Source: Octopus bimaculoides (Eukaryota). Taken from it: a stretch of 32,816 bases of DNA. Below are positions 12,473 through 23,235 of the stretch, piece by piece. The notes under the pieces were generated by a model, which ran no database searches, had not been told where the DNA came from, and was given only the letters and a program-made list of their open reading frames with translations. Position 1 is the first letter of the stretch. Every line of letters starts with the position of its first letter. The DNA is taken from positions 40,459,601-40,492,416 of the forward strand of contig NC_068999.1 in NCBI RefSeq assembly GCF_001194135.2. The letters are read 5' to 3'. Both the position numbers and the translations under genes were made by a program.

Positions 12473-13277
12473 ACCTAACTATAGTAAAATATTATTATGG
12501 CAACACATCAAACAAATGCAATGATTTTTAGGTTGTACAAATAACAAAACAGTAATTACAAATGTTTGTGTGTGTGTGTATTCATGTGTATAGGTGCGTG
12601 TATAAACAAATATACATATTTATATATTTTATATATATTTATGTAAATATATTCACATATGTGTGAATGTAATACTTTTTTTATATATATCGTGCATTAT
12701 ATATGCATGGTATCTGAAAATAGTCGGGAATATCAATGGTCACGTTTAAATATGAAATCAAAACAAACCAAACATACTGCACAAACAAAAATCGAATGAC
12801 ATATTAGTACATACATTTTGTGTTAACCAAGCATACAAGGTTAATACAGAACAACATCACTGCAACACAGACACAAAGCCACATAAAAATACATGTGTGT
12901 GTGTGAATGTATGTGTGTGTGTGTGTGTGTATGTGTGTGTGCGTGTGTGTGTCTTTGTCTGTATGCGTGTTAACAGTCATACATATTAATATATTCGGAG
13001 CATAAAAATAGTCTGGATAAATATATCGCTATTCATATGAGCTTGTCGATTATTTTGGGAATATTTTCATAGAAGTTAAAATATATATCTACGTTTTGAT
13101 GCGAGTACTATTACATATACCTCGTTAATATAATTCGTTTTATACATGTGTATATTTATTCTTGTTGTTGTTGTGGTTATTGTTGTTGTTTTTGTTGCCG
13201 TCATCGTCGTCGTCGCACCTACAGAAATATCTACATCACTGCCATTACGACGGTAACGACGACGAAAATATCGGTGA

Positions 13278-13760
13278 AGTGGTGTGAGCATTTTTCGTGC
13301 GACACGTCTTTCTGCAGCTCATCTCATTGACAGAGCTGCAGTCATCGGTCAAGCGTAGACCAAGTTTGGGCGTTTGGCATCTGAAATATTGCCAAGTGCT
13401 CACTATAGTGTACCAGCTGCTCAAAACCGTCAGCGGGTAAACAACCCAAGAATTCTATGAGGGGCTAGTTGAAAGTATGAGTAATGATGCCCTAGGATTG
13501 AATCTAGGCCTCTGAGAGAACAGTGTGAGTCGTCTCTTCCAGAGGAACTTCGGGTCGAAGATCATGGACAATTTTCAAAACTATTTGGTTTGGCAGTGCT
13601 GCAGAGTGGTATTGCCCGTTCGGGACAAGATCCTCGGGCCGAGATGCTTGCCGGGGGACGAAACTCTTCTCCATGCAATATTTCAGTAACCCTGCATTAG
13701 AGGGTTGTAGGATTGCACGGTATCGTATTCTCACGTATAAGACGAGTATGTTAAGCTTCA
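13278..13760 (+). mobile_element. L1/Tx1-clade LINE ORF2 C-terminal fragment (zf-RVT-like CCHC region), pseudogenised
   Basis: Manual frame-1 translation: ...KRRPSLGVWHLKYCQVL...TTQEFYEGLVESMSNDALGLNLGL*ENSVSRLFQRNFGSKIMDNFQNYLVWQCCRVVLPVRDKILGPRCLPGDETLLHAIFQ*PCIRGL*. The W...LPVRDKL...C..C...ET..H...C pattern is the L1/Tx1 C-terminal zinc finger. In-frame stops are present. Confidence 0.8.
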
Positions 13761-13864
13761 AGACACTTCGCATATATTTATATCTATACTTAACCTAATA
13801 CCGCATATGTCAATAAATGTTCTTTTAGCGTTATCTATTTCATTGCTAATTGCATTTACATTAA

Positions 13865-13911
<47 letters not shown>

Positions 13912-13923
13912 CATACATACAGC

Positions 13924-14041
13924 TGTACATTATTTACATTATTTACATTTGGCAGATAGTTGTCCTCATCTTGTTTGTTGTTAACAACACACAAGATGAG
14001 GAGAAATATCTGTCAAATGTAAATAATGTAAATAATGTACA
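13924..14041. repeat. 118-bp loop-less inverted repeat centred on GTTAAC
   Basis: Arms 13924-13982 and 13983-14041 pair at 55 of 59 positions by manual alignment. The twin pseudo-ORFs MCVVNNKQDED.. (-) and MFVVNNTQDEE.. (+) reflect this symmetry. Confidence 0.97.
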
Positions 14042-14199
14042 TAATTACTCGTCTCTTAAATATAGAACTGAACAAACACATATATATATAAATATGTACA
14101 CATATATATATGTGTGTGTATGTATGCATGTACGTACGTCCGTATGTATGCATGTATGTAAAGAGAGAGGGAAAGAGAGAGATAAACTGATAGACTGAT

Positions 14200-14290
14200 A
14201 GATGCATACGTACATACATACATACATACATACATACATACATACATACATACATACTTACATACATACATATATGCATACATACATAAA
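14200..14290. repeat. (TACA)n microsatellite
   Basis: Direct reading. Confidence 0.95.
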
Positions 14291-15404
14291 TATATATAAT
14301 ATTTACATGTGATAGGAATATATATTGAACTCTGTGGTTTTGACACTAACACTGGTGTCGCAAATCAAGGATGACCACGGAACACCAATTTCCAATTCCA
14401 TCCAGTTATATTGTACAAAATTTGGATAGCAACTCGGCCAAGTTTTCGTGCAACCTTCTGTATGCAATAATCCTATCAAATTGTCATTACTTCTTAATTA
14501 GTTCGACATAGATAACACAGGTATTAATTAATTTTCAATGGATTCTCGATGAATTCATTAATCTAGTATATTTTATTTCATTATATCATAGTTTTATTTT
14601 ATTAATCTAGCTACTAAATACTTGATAATTTCAGAATTCATTTTGTTGCTTTAATAAATTTCTATGATTTGTTACATTTAAGTAAAACTTTAATGGATCG
14701 TTGCTCTAGTGAATAATTTTTAAATATTCCTGATTAAATGTTTATTTTAATTTCATTAAGTTCATATTGATAAATATGTTTACTCAATGCCCACCATTTG
14801 TCAATTAAAATGCAATTTTCTTTCGCAGCAGACATTTTCAAATTTATTCTGCAATAACTCCGCAGTTACGGTTTTGCTGCCTCTAACGCTGTTAAAGAGA
14901 CCGGAAATATGAAATATAGCAATTATAAAGTTTGTGAAATTGTTTAAACTTTGTTCAAGTAGTGTGAGGTAAAAATGTTGTTGGTTTTATTTCTCTCCTT
15001 TTAATATTATAAATGATATTACATGCAAAAAAAAAAATAATAATTAGAAGCAGACGTGTATGCGTACGAGTGGTGAAGAGCATAACAAACAGAAGGAAAA
15101 AGGAGTCATACTGTAATAACGTTAGCTCAAGTGCTTTCTATCAGTGGAAAACGAAACGTTGAGGAGTCCATGGCATGCTCTTTAGCTTCGTTGTGACGCA
15201 TATTTATGTCTGCTAAATCTTACAAATGACTCTTCAAATTGCAGCATGAGAGGTTTCAGTCGGCGAAACTTTAATTCCTCCAAAATGTGTGCGTTAGAAA
15301 CACTTAATAGAATGTGTATAGTGTATATGTGATGTGTTTGGAGTAGAACAGAGCGCAATAACGTATAAATTGCCGAATAGCGACAAAGATTGTCAATGCA
15401 TACG

Positions 15405-15451
<47 letters not shown>

Positions 15452-15894
15452 TTCATGCATATGTTAACGTGTGTATGTGGTTGTGTGTTTAAGTTCCGCA
15501 TGTCTGCGTTATGCCTAGCGAATGCATAAATGATTCACGTGCTCGATTCCATTCATGAAGATCTGCATTTAAACTCATTGTTGATAGCGTGCGTGTATAA
15601 CGATTAATATGTATCACGAATAATTTTAGTATTCGATTGGAAAATCCATGATGAGTTAGATGTGTAGACAGGATTCCCTTCAACTTTCAAAATCTACAAC
15701 CGTATAACTGAAAGACATTAGCATTTGTAACGTTTCCGTTTAAAAAGTTATTCTTACTACACGTATTTAATTTATTTTCTTAACCATCCTCACTAATTGC
15801 TCAACAAAATTGTGTTTTGGTGCATCGTTCTCTTCCAACACCTTCTTTAAAACGGTATACCAAGATAATTCTTCGCTTACAAAACAACAATTTC

Positions 15895-16310
15895 TAAGCT
15901 GCTGGAACAAACTATGTCTTGCAACAGGACTCTGCACCATACCACACTAGCAGGTGAACCCAGCCATGGCTATCACATCTGAGAGCACATCACCTCTAAC
16001 ATCTTGACGCCTAATTTCCCGGACTGCAGCTCTCTCCATGAACATGTAAGGGGTGCAGTTGAGCAAGAAAACAACAAAACTCCTAACACCAAAGAAGAAC
16101 TGGAGGCAAGGATTATGGCAGCATTCAAAAACTTAAACAAGGAGACCGTTCAGAAGTGTTGCAGGACATTCTGAAGTTGTCTGGTGGCCGTGGTTGAAAC
16201 CAATTGCAAATTTATTGAATAAATTCGCTCTTTGGTATTTCAACATATTTTTATGTAATTTTCATTTTTGCGTAATTTAGACGAGGGTTTGTTAACCGCA
16301 ACCTAAATAT
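15895..16310 (+). mobile_element. Tc1/mariner superfamily, maT (DD37D)-like transposon 3' remnant
   Basis: Manual translation: AAGTNYVLQQDSAPYHTSR*TQPWLS, then after a frameshift EHITSNILTPNFPDCSSLHEHVRGAVEQENNKTPNTKEELEARIMAAFKNLNKETVQKCCRTF*SCLVAVVETNCKFIE* (stop 16220-16222). QQDSAP.H and a decayed WPPNSPD.NPLDY are maT-type motifs. It ends at (TA)n. Confidence 0.88.
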
Positions 16311-18164
16311 ATATATATATATATANNNNNNNNNNNNNNNNNNNNNNNNNNNNNNNNNNNNNNNNNNNNNNNNNNNNNNNNNNNNNNNNNNNNNNNNNNN
16401 NNNNNNNNNNNNNNNNNNNNNNNNNNNNNNNNNNNNNNNNNNNNNNNNNNNNNNNNNNNNNNNNNNNNNNNNNNNNNNNNNNNNNNNNNNNNNNNNNNNN
16501 NNNNNNNNNNNNNNNNNNNNNNNNNNNNNNNNNNNNNNNNNNNNNNNNNNNNNNNNNNNNNNNNNNNNNNNNNNNNNNNNNNNNNNNNNNNNNNNNNNNN
16601 NNNNNNNNNNNNNNNNNNNNNNNNNNNNNNNNNNNNNNNNNNNNNNNNNNNNNNNNNNNNNNNNNNNNNNNNNNNNNNNNNNNNNNNNNNNNNNNNNNNN
16701 NNNNNNNNNNNNNNNNNNNNNNNNNNNNNNNNNNNNNNNNNNNNNNNNNNNNNNNNNNNNNNNNNNNNNNNNNNNNNNNNNNNNNNNNNNNNNNNNNNNN
16801 NNNNNNNNNNNNNNNNNNNNNNNNNNNNNNNNNNNNNNNNNNNNNNNNNNNNNNNNNNNNNNNNNNNNNNNNNNNNNNNNNNNNNNNNNNNNNNNNNNNN
16901 NNNNTAGGTTACACATTCAGGTTACCACTACTTCCGGATCATTGCATTTTGGGAGTGTCCTCGCTCCTTTTAGAGATACATTGTCATCTATTGGTATTGA
17001 TAATCCATTGTTGTTGTCGTTGTACTCTAGCAGTTCCAAGTTCTATTATTTTCTGTTAGTGACACTGAGGCTACAACCGAGTTTTTAAACATAGTTTTCA
17101 ATTCTGCTACTGACATTACGAAGCGCCCCGTCAATACTTGGGACCACCTCGGAATTTCCCATTGCTAACAAATGCCCTACCTCCCATGTTAGTAGATCAT
17201 ATCTCTCAACCTCTTTTATTATTATTATTAACATCATTATAATTATTGTTGTTCTTGTTATCGTCATCATCGTTATCACCATCATCACCAGCACCACCAC
17301 TACTACCATTACCATTCTAAACGTGCAGCAAATTTCCTTTTGTAAGTAATGACAGATGCTACTTGCTGTTTCTGCAATTATCCTGCTGTTCATTTTGACA
17401 CTACTTTGTTCAATTTGAACAATCACACAAAATTTAATTAAATTGTGTGTAATCAAGACAATGATATTCAAACATATTTTAGTCTCCTCAATGAATCTAT
17501 GACCCAACAATTTAAAGAAGAACATGTGTTGTTCGGCGATATATGATTTCATTTGACCTTCATTGGCGACGATGTTATGTAATATTATAGTTTACATGTT
17601 GTGTAATATTTTTTCTGAATCTAATCTCTGCGGCGTTTTCACAAATTATTCATTATCTATCGATAATGACTTCTGAATCACTGTTTGTCTTTTGTTTTCA
17701 ATATTCCTTTACTTGCTTGTATCATAAAGTATTATTTTGCCTCTTTCTGTTTTACCAGAAGGAAATTAAACATAGCATGGTAAAACATTAATTAATGCTA
17801 TTTTGCTTGTATACATCTCAGAAAATACCTTTCAAGGCTACAAAACATACTATATGTTCTCTATTCGGAATAATTTCGTTTAGCGAGTAACCTATTCCAG
17901 TATGAAATAGCATTTATCATTTAAAATGTAATTTTTAAAAGTCTCAGCTTTTAATTTCTTTAAAGCATTTACGCTATATTTGTAAAGAAAATTAAAACAC
18001 TTTTCCGTGAGGTATAGAGCAATTAATTTTGCAGTGTGAAATTAGTTATTTTACTCTGTTGAAGATAATTACTTCTTAAACTCACTGTTAGATAATCTAA
18101 TCTATCCTCTTATGATATTAAACCGAGTATTTCCTCTGATTGGCCATCAACACTTTCTCCGCAT

Positions 18165-18452
18165 TCTCTTGTGGTTAGGGCAGCGGTCTCGCGGTCGGAG
18201 GATCGCAGTTTCGCTTCCCGTACAGGGCGTTGTGTGTGTTTATTGAGCGAAAACCACTGAAGTTCCACGAGGCATCCCTGTTGTACACTTTCGGCCCAAC
18301 TTTCTCTCACTCTTTCTTGCTGTTCCTTGAGTAAAACTGCGATGGACTGACGTCCCGTCCAGCTGGGGGGGGGGGGACACATACGCCATAGAAACCGGGA
18401 AACCGGGCCCATGAGCCTGGCTAGGCTTTGAAAGGGCTCATAAATAAATAAA
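18165..18452 (+). mobile_element. SINE family C: tRNA-like head, CORE-like segment, V-domain-like motif, 3' stem-loop and (TAAA)n tail
   Basis: GTGGTTAGGGCAGCGG (A box-like), GTTTCGCTTCCC (B box-like), TTATTGAGCGAAAACCACT, CTGCGATGGACTGACGTCCCGTCCAG, hairpin AGCCT-GGCT-AGGCT, and tail TAAATAAATAAA. It is a GC-rich island in AT-rich DNA. Confidence 0.78.
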
Positions 18453-19346
18453 AATATATATTATGTATGTGTATGCCTGTGGATATGTATTTTTTACATA
18501 GCATCTCCACAATCTTTGCACGAGACAAATTTCTCTATTCGTTCTCACAACTGCAAAGGAACCGAAAGGAATTTAACATCCAGAGAGCATGCTTCATGCT
18601 ACCAACTTATATTCGTTCGTGAGTCACGGTGTTCTGCTAACGAACTATACAACATCATTTTACTTTTATGAACACTAAATACTACAGGGATTGGCAAATA
18701 TTATTGGCTTATGCGTAAAGTACACTTGGCATATTTTTCAAAATAACTACAATATTGTCCTACAGAATAGATTTGTTATACCTTGAGAAATGGCCAAATA
18801 TCTGTAAAAATGTTTTCATTTATTTATCAATAATACAAATTGCTCATACAAACGCAATATTATGACATGAAAATATCCCGTCTTTCTGGAAGGGAATACA
18901 TGATAAAAACAAATAGATCTGCAGATTGAAATTAAGAGATGAAATCATGACAAATTTTCTTAACAAATCTTCTAGTAACGAAACTTATATTGACGATACG
19001 TATGGCTGATGATAATTGAAAACGTTTCAGAAGGATGTAGAATATCATGATACGTCCCTCTCTTCGGCTTGAATACCTACCACAATGTGAAATGGGAAAC
19101 CCAATTTGAGGAAGTTTCGTCTTCACATAAACACGTAGGGAGAGATATAGACACTTACACGCATGTGCATGCATAGGTGCAACAAATATATACATATATG
19201 TATGCGTGTGCATGTATATATNNNNNNNNNNNNNNNNNNNNNNNNNNNNNNNNNNNNNNNNNNNNNNNNNNNNNNNNNNNNNNNNNNNNNNNNNNNNNNN
19301 NNNNNNNNNNNNNNNNNNNNNNTATATATATATATATATATATATA

Positions 19347-20011
19347 TTAGTTCATCCCGTATATAATGCGGTTTTTTATACTTCTTTTATTTTTCAAAAT
19401 TAAGATTAAAATCTAAAATATACTTTCTTTCGTTTTCTACAGTGCTCTTCCATCTATCTGGTAGATTTGCAAGGCCAATCTTCCAAAACTTCACTTCTCC
19501 ATGACGAAAAATACTCATCCGTTACTGTCCTGACCTTGTGTACAGAATTCATATGTTTTCCGTCCAAATGATTTTTAAGACTGCGGAGTAAATTATAATC
19601 AGACGAGGCATTGTCTGGCGAATATGGTGGGTGCGGCATCGTGGGTGCGGCTCCAGCATTTGAATGTCATCCTCGCTGTATGTTGTTGAATATTATCCTG
19701 ATGGAAGAACATCTTATTTCTTGAAACCAAACAAAGATGGTCGTTATACTTCTAGCGCTGACTTAAGCCGCTCAAGCTGTTGTTGCCTTCATTGAATTCA
19801 TAAAGTGAAATATGCTGAGTGTGCTCCTTTGTCATATCCCTTTTAGCTTTGAAAAAATATGTGCACTCTTCAAAACTTGCACTAAGAATAAGTACAAGGT
19901 AAAATGACTACCTGCTTTTATAGCCAGTTGATGCAGGTAGTTTATTCCGTCTTCCTCCGTCTTTTAGTTCATGCAATTGAAAAAAATCGCATTATTTATG
20001 GGATGACCCAA
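19347..20011 (-). mobile_element. internally deleted mariner element (665 bp) with both TIRs and TA target duplications
   Basis: 31-bp TIRs at 19347-19377 and 19981-20011 match at 26/31, with TA at 19345-19346 and 20012-20013. The - strand reads MTKEHTQHISLYEFNEGNN (ATG 19835) fused to QQLERLKSAL...FFHQDNIQQHTARMT...MPHPPYSPDNASSDYNLLRSLKNHLDGK. Confidence 0.95.
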
Positions 20012-20044
20012 TATATCAATATATATATATATATATATTATTAT

Positions 20045-20181
20045 TATGATTGACCGTTGACTGAACACTATTCAATTTTTTTTCTCCGTGTTTTTCTCCT
20101 TGTCTCCGTATTCTTTCTGTTGAAGAGCGTAGCTCGAAACGTCAAAGACTTTCCGTATTCCCGAGCGTCATACTAATATAT
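20045..20181 (+). mobile_element. probable Penelope-like element terminal (pLTR) fragment carrying a hammerhead motif
   Basis: A pyrimidine-rich tract, then the minimal hammerhead layout at 20112-20148, then GAGCGTCATACTAATA (shared with 4241-4257 -). Minimal hammerheads are established features of Penelope-like element pLTRs. No RT or GIY-YIG ORF is visible. Confidence 0.6.
20112..20148 (+). ncRNA. minimal type I hammerhead ribozyme motif with variant core CUGUUGA
   Basis: Stem I UCUUU(20112-16)/AAAGA(20144-48); core CUGUUGA (20117-23); extra A; stem II GAGC-GUA-GCUC; GAAA (20136-39); palindromic AC|GU stem III; GUC cleavage triplet (20141-43). Confidence 0.7.
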
Positions 20182-20472
20182 NNNNNNNNNNNNNNNNNNN
20201 NNNNNNNNNNNNNNNNNNNNNNNNNNNNNNNNNNNNNNNNNNNNNNNNNNNNNNNNNNNNNNNNNNNNNNNNNNNNNNNNNNNNNNNNNNNNNNNNNNNN
20301 NNNNNNNNNNNNNNNNNNNNNNNNNNNNNNNNNNNNNNNNNNNNNNNNNNNNNNNNNNNNNNNNNNNNNNNNNNNNNNNNNNNNNNNNNNNNNNNNNNNN
20401 NNNNNNNNNNNNNNNNNNNNNNNNNNNNNNNNNNNNNNNNNNNNNNNNNNNNNNNNNNNNNNNNNNNNNNNN

Positions 20473-20523
<51 letters not shown>

Positions 20524-20887
20524 CACATATATCATCCATTATATTTCTGTGCATATGAATACATGTGCACGCACACTAACACACATGCACACTTACACAC
20601 CCACACATAAACATGAACCTGCGTGCACCGATGTGCATACGAATTAGTTGGTTTTGTAAGTTCGTATATTTTTCTCCTCAATATGTTTTAATCATAATTT
20701 GCACACTTGCAAATTGCGCTACCTCAGGGATATTGTGGAGACAATTTTAAGAAACTTTTCTCCAACTAATAATAATTTTTTCTACAGGTAAAATTGCATA
20801 AAAGTGTTGATACAGGTACAATACTTGTCGAATATCTTAATATGAGAACATTTTGCATAAGCATATTTCACTATTTTAGCTGTTTTC

Positions 20888-20889
20888 AA

Positions 20890-20934
<45 letters not shown>

Positions 20935-20940
20935 CAGTAG
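20888..20940. repeat. (TAG)n
   Basis: Direct reading. Confidence 0.97.
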
Positions 20941-21147
20941 TCAGAAACGGTTTCAGATTTCCTGGGGAATGTGGAGATGAGACGATTACGTCGATTTCAG
21001 TATTCCGCAGGTATTTATCTTAACGTCCCAGAAAGGATGAAAAGTAAGTCGGCCTCGGCAGAATTTGGACTCAGAACATGAAGACGGACAAAACACCGCT
21101 AAGCATTTCGTCCCGTGTAATAACGATTCTGCCTTACTCGCTGCCTT
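20941..21147 (-). mobile_element. SINE family B, diverged copy with a variant 3' end
   Basis: GAAAGGATGAAAAGTAAGTCGGCCTCGGCAGAATTTGGACTCAGAAC...CCGCTAAGCATTTCG...TAACGATTCTGCC..CTCGCTGCCTT is the reverse complement of the family B head and core. Confidence 0.85.
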
Positions 21148-21179
21148 CATAATATAAATTAATTGTTGTCAATTTAATC

Positions 21180-21416
21180 AAGATTGTGGTGGTGGTGGTG
21201 GTGGTGGTGGTGCTGTTTGTTGTTGCTTTTGTTCAGGTTCGAGATGCTGATGGTTGTTATGGCGATGCAGTTGTTTTTGATGAGGGTAGATATGCTGATG
21301 CATAAATAAATACGGATCGCGGTATTGTCATATCTGTCTGTATGTCGCATGATATAATAATAATAATAATAATAATAGTAATAAATTATCATCATCATGT
21401 TTATTATTGTTCATCA

Positions 21417-21485
<69 letters not shown>

Positions 21486-21490
21486 CAATA
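21180..21490. repeat. compound triplet repeat region (GTG)n, (TAA)n, (ATC)n, (ATT)n
   Basis: Direct reading. It produces the poly-His, Tyr, Ile and Asn pseudo-ORFs. Confidence 0.95.
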
Positions 21491-22817
21491 TTATTAATTT
21501 GTTCACTATTTTTATTATTATTTGTCCTGCAATCAGAGTGAAAAATACAATATACCACTGCATGTGTGTGCGCACGCGTGCGTGCATGTGTGTATGTGTG
21601 TATGTGTCTGTGACTGTGTCTTTGTGTGTATGTATACATATATAAAGATTTTCCATAAATCACTCAAAGAGCTGCAGGCTATGTTTCAAGAAATAACAAA
21701 CTGAATCTCGCAGCTCTGCTATTCCTGGTGTTCAGAAAAATATTCACCCTCTAGATTACGCAGACAAAATAAACAAGAATCACCAAAATGTTTCAATGCC
21801 CTGAGTCAGATATTCCTAGCGTATTCTTTCTTTTTAATATTATATTATTACAGTGTATAGAATTCACTATTAGAAATTCGCATATTCCTCTTTCCTTATT
21901 TTTGATTTGTTTCGTTATTTCAATGGACTTTCAATTTTAGTTATATTTTTGCAGTTTTTCCTTTCAATAGAGGAAGGGCAAAAGAGATAGAAATAGAGAG
22001 AGAGAGGGGGGGGGTAAGGAATATAGGAAATATTTAAGTGATGAATTATATTGGTTGAGTAAAGAATATGACAATGAAGAGAAAGTTCTAGGATCGATAT
22101 TCTCTTAGACAAATTGTTCATCCTTTGCAAAGATATTCCGAAGAATGTTTTCTTGGATTCCTTTATCAAATGCTTTTTAGGTTTAGTGGTTCTACATTCG
22201 GTTTTCAAAAGCTTTTCATTTGTGATTTTTCTTGTATTCTTGTTACAAATTTTAGTTTCTGACCAAAAGCGAAAGGTGAAATGAATGGTGATATATCAAA
22301 CAAAATATAAGATTTAATTTTCATTTACTTCATGTTATGTTCTGAGAACATCTAAAGCGTGCTTGTTGATGTATTCTGTAGATGGTCCTCAAAATTATTT
22401 CCCAGGTTTTACTCATCTATCCTTTGTATTCTGATCCCAAATACAACCAAAGATTCCATTGCTCTAAAGTTCTTTCAGAGAGGGTACGTTAAAGCATCAG
22501 TGAAATACAGAGATCATTCGACTAATTCTCAAATACATGATTTCGTGTTCTGTTCAGGAAACATAATTTAATCTGTATTTATTTATTTAATACGTATTTC
22601 GTAAAAATGAAAACCAACGCAAAAATAAACGTCAATTGACAGCCATCAGAATATCTTTATATAGCGACTGGGTGATATAACAGAGAACAGCAAGTGGTAC
22701 AAAGAAATTGATTATAGGGAAGCAATATAAAAAAAAAAATCAAACACAAACATAAATATAAATGTGAGTATGAGCGTGGATGTACTGCCACATATTTCTA
22801 CACACACGCACCCACAC

Positions 22818-22869
<52 letters not shown>

Positions 22870-22960
22870 GTATATTTGTATATATATATATATTATATAT
22901 ATGCGTACATACATTCCTTCATACACAGGTCTACATAGCTAGTTAGGTAGCTATATACAT

Positions 22961-23002
<42 letters not shown>

Positions 23003-23052
23003 GTGTACTCTTCCACCACAACTTTCTCTCACTCTTACTTCCTGTTTCTGTT

Positions 23053-23235
23053 GTGCCTGTAATTCAAAGGGTCAGCCTTGTCACACTGTGTCACGCTGAA
23101 TATCCCCGAGAACTACTTTAAGGGTACAGGTGTCTGTGGAGTGCTCAGCCACTTGCACGTTAATTTCACGAGCAGGCTGTTCCGTTGATCTGATCAACTG
23201 GAACCCTCGATGACGTAAGCGAAACAGAGTTTTTT
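23053..23235 (+). mobile_element. SINE family D, 3' portion with a terminal hairpin (Nin/Deu-like affinity tentative)
   Basis: GC-richer island GGGTCAGCCTTGTCACACTGTGTCACGCTGAA...CACTTGCACGTTAATTTCACGAGCAGG. Hairpin GTTCC-GTTGATC-T-GATCAAC-T-GGAAC at 23179-23204, then a T-rich end. Family assignment is from recollection only. Confidence 0.6.

Noticed and set aside
13504-13773. 89-aa - strand ORF as a host exon
   Set aside because: It is the antisense of the L1/Tx1 fragment encoded on the + strand.
17085-17552. 155-aa - strand ORF
   Set aside because: The middle is a degenerate triplet repeat (VVVV/MMII), and the flanks show no recognisable domain.
17759-17779. 21-nt micro-exon after a strong polypyrimidine acceptor
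   Set aside because: The donor (G|GTAAAA) is weak and there is no independent support.
19005-19030. CTGATGA-TAATT-GAAA hammerhead-like string
   Set aside because: There is no room for stem II and no stem I, so a chance match is likely.
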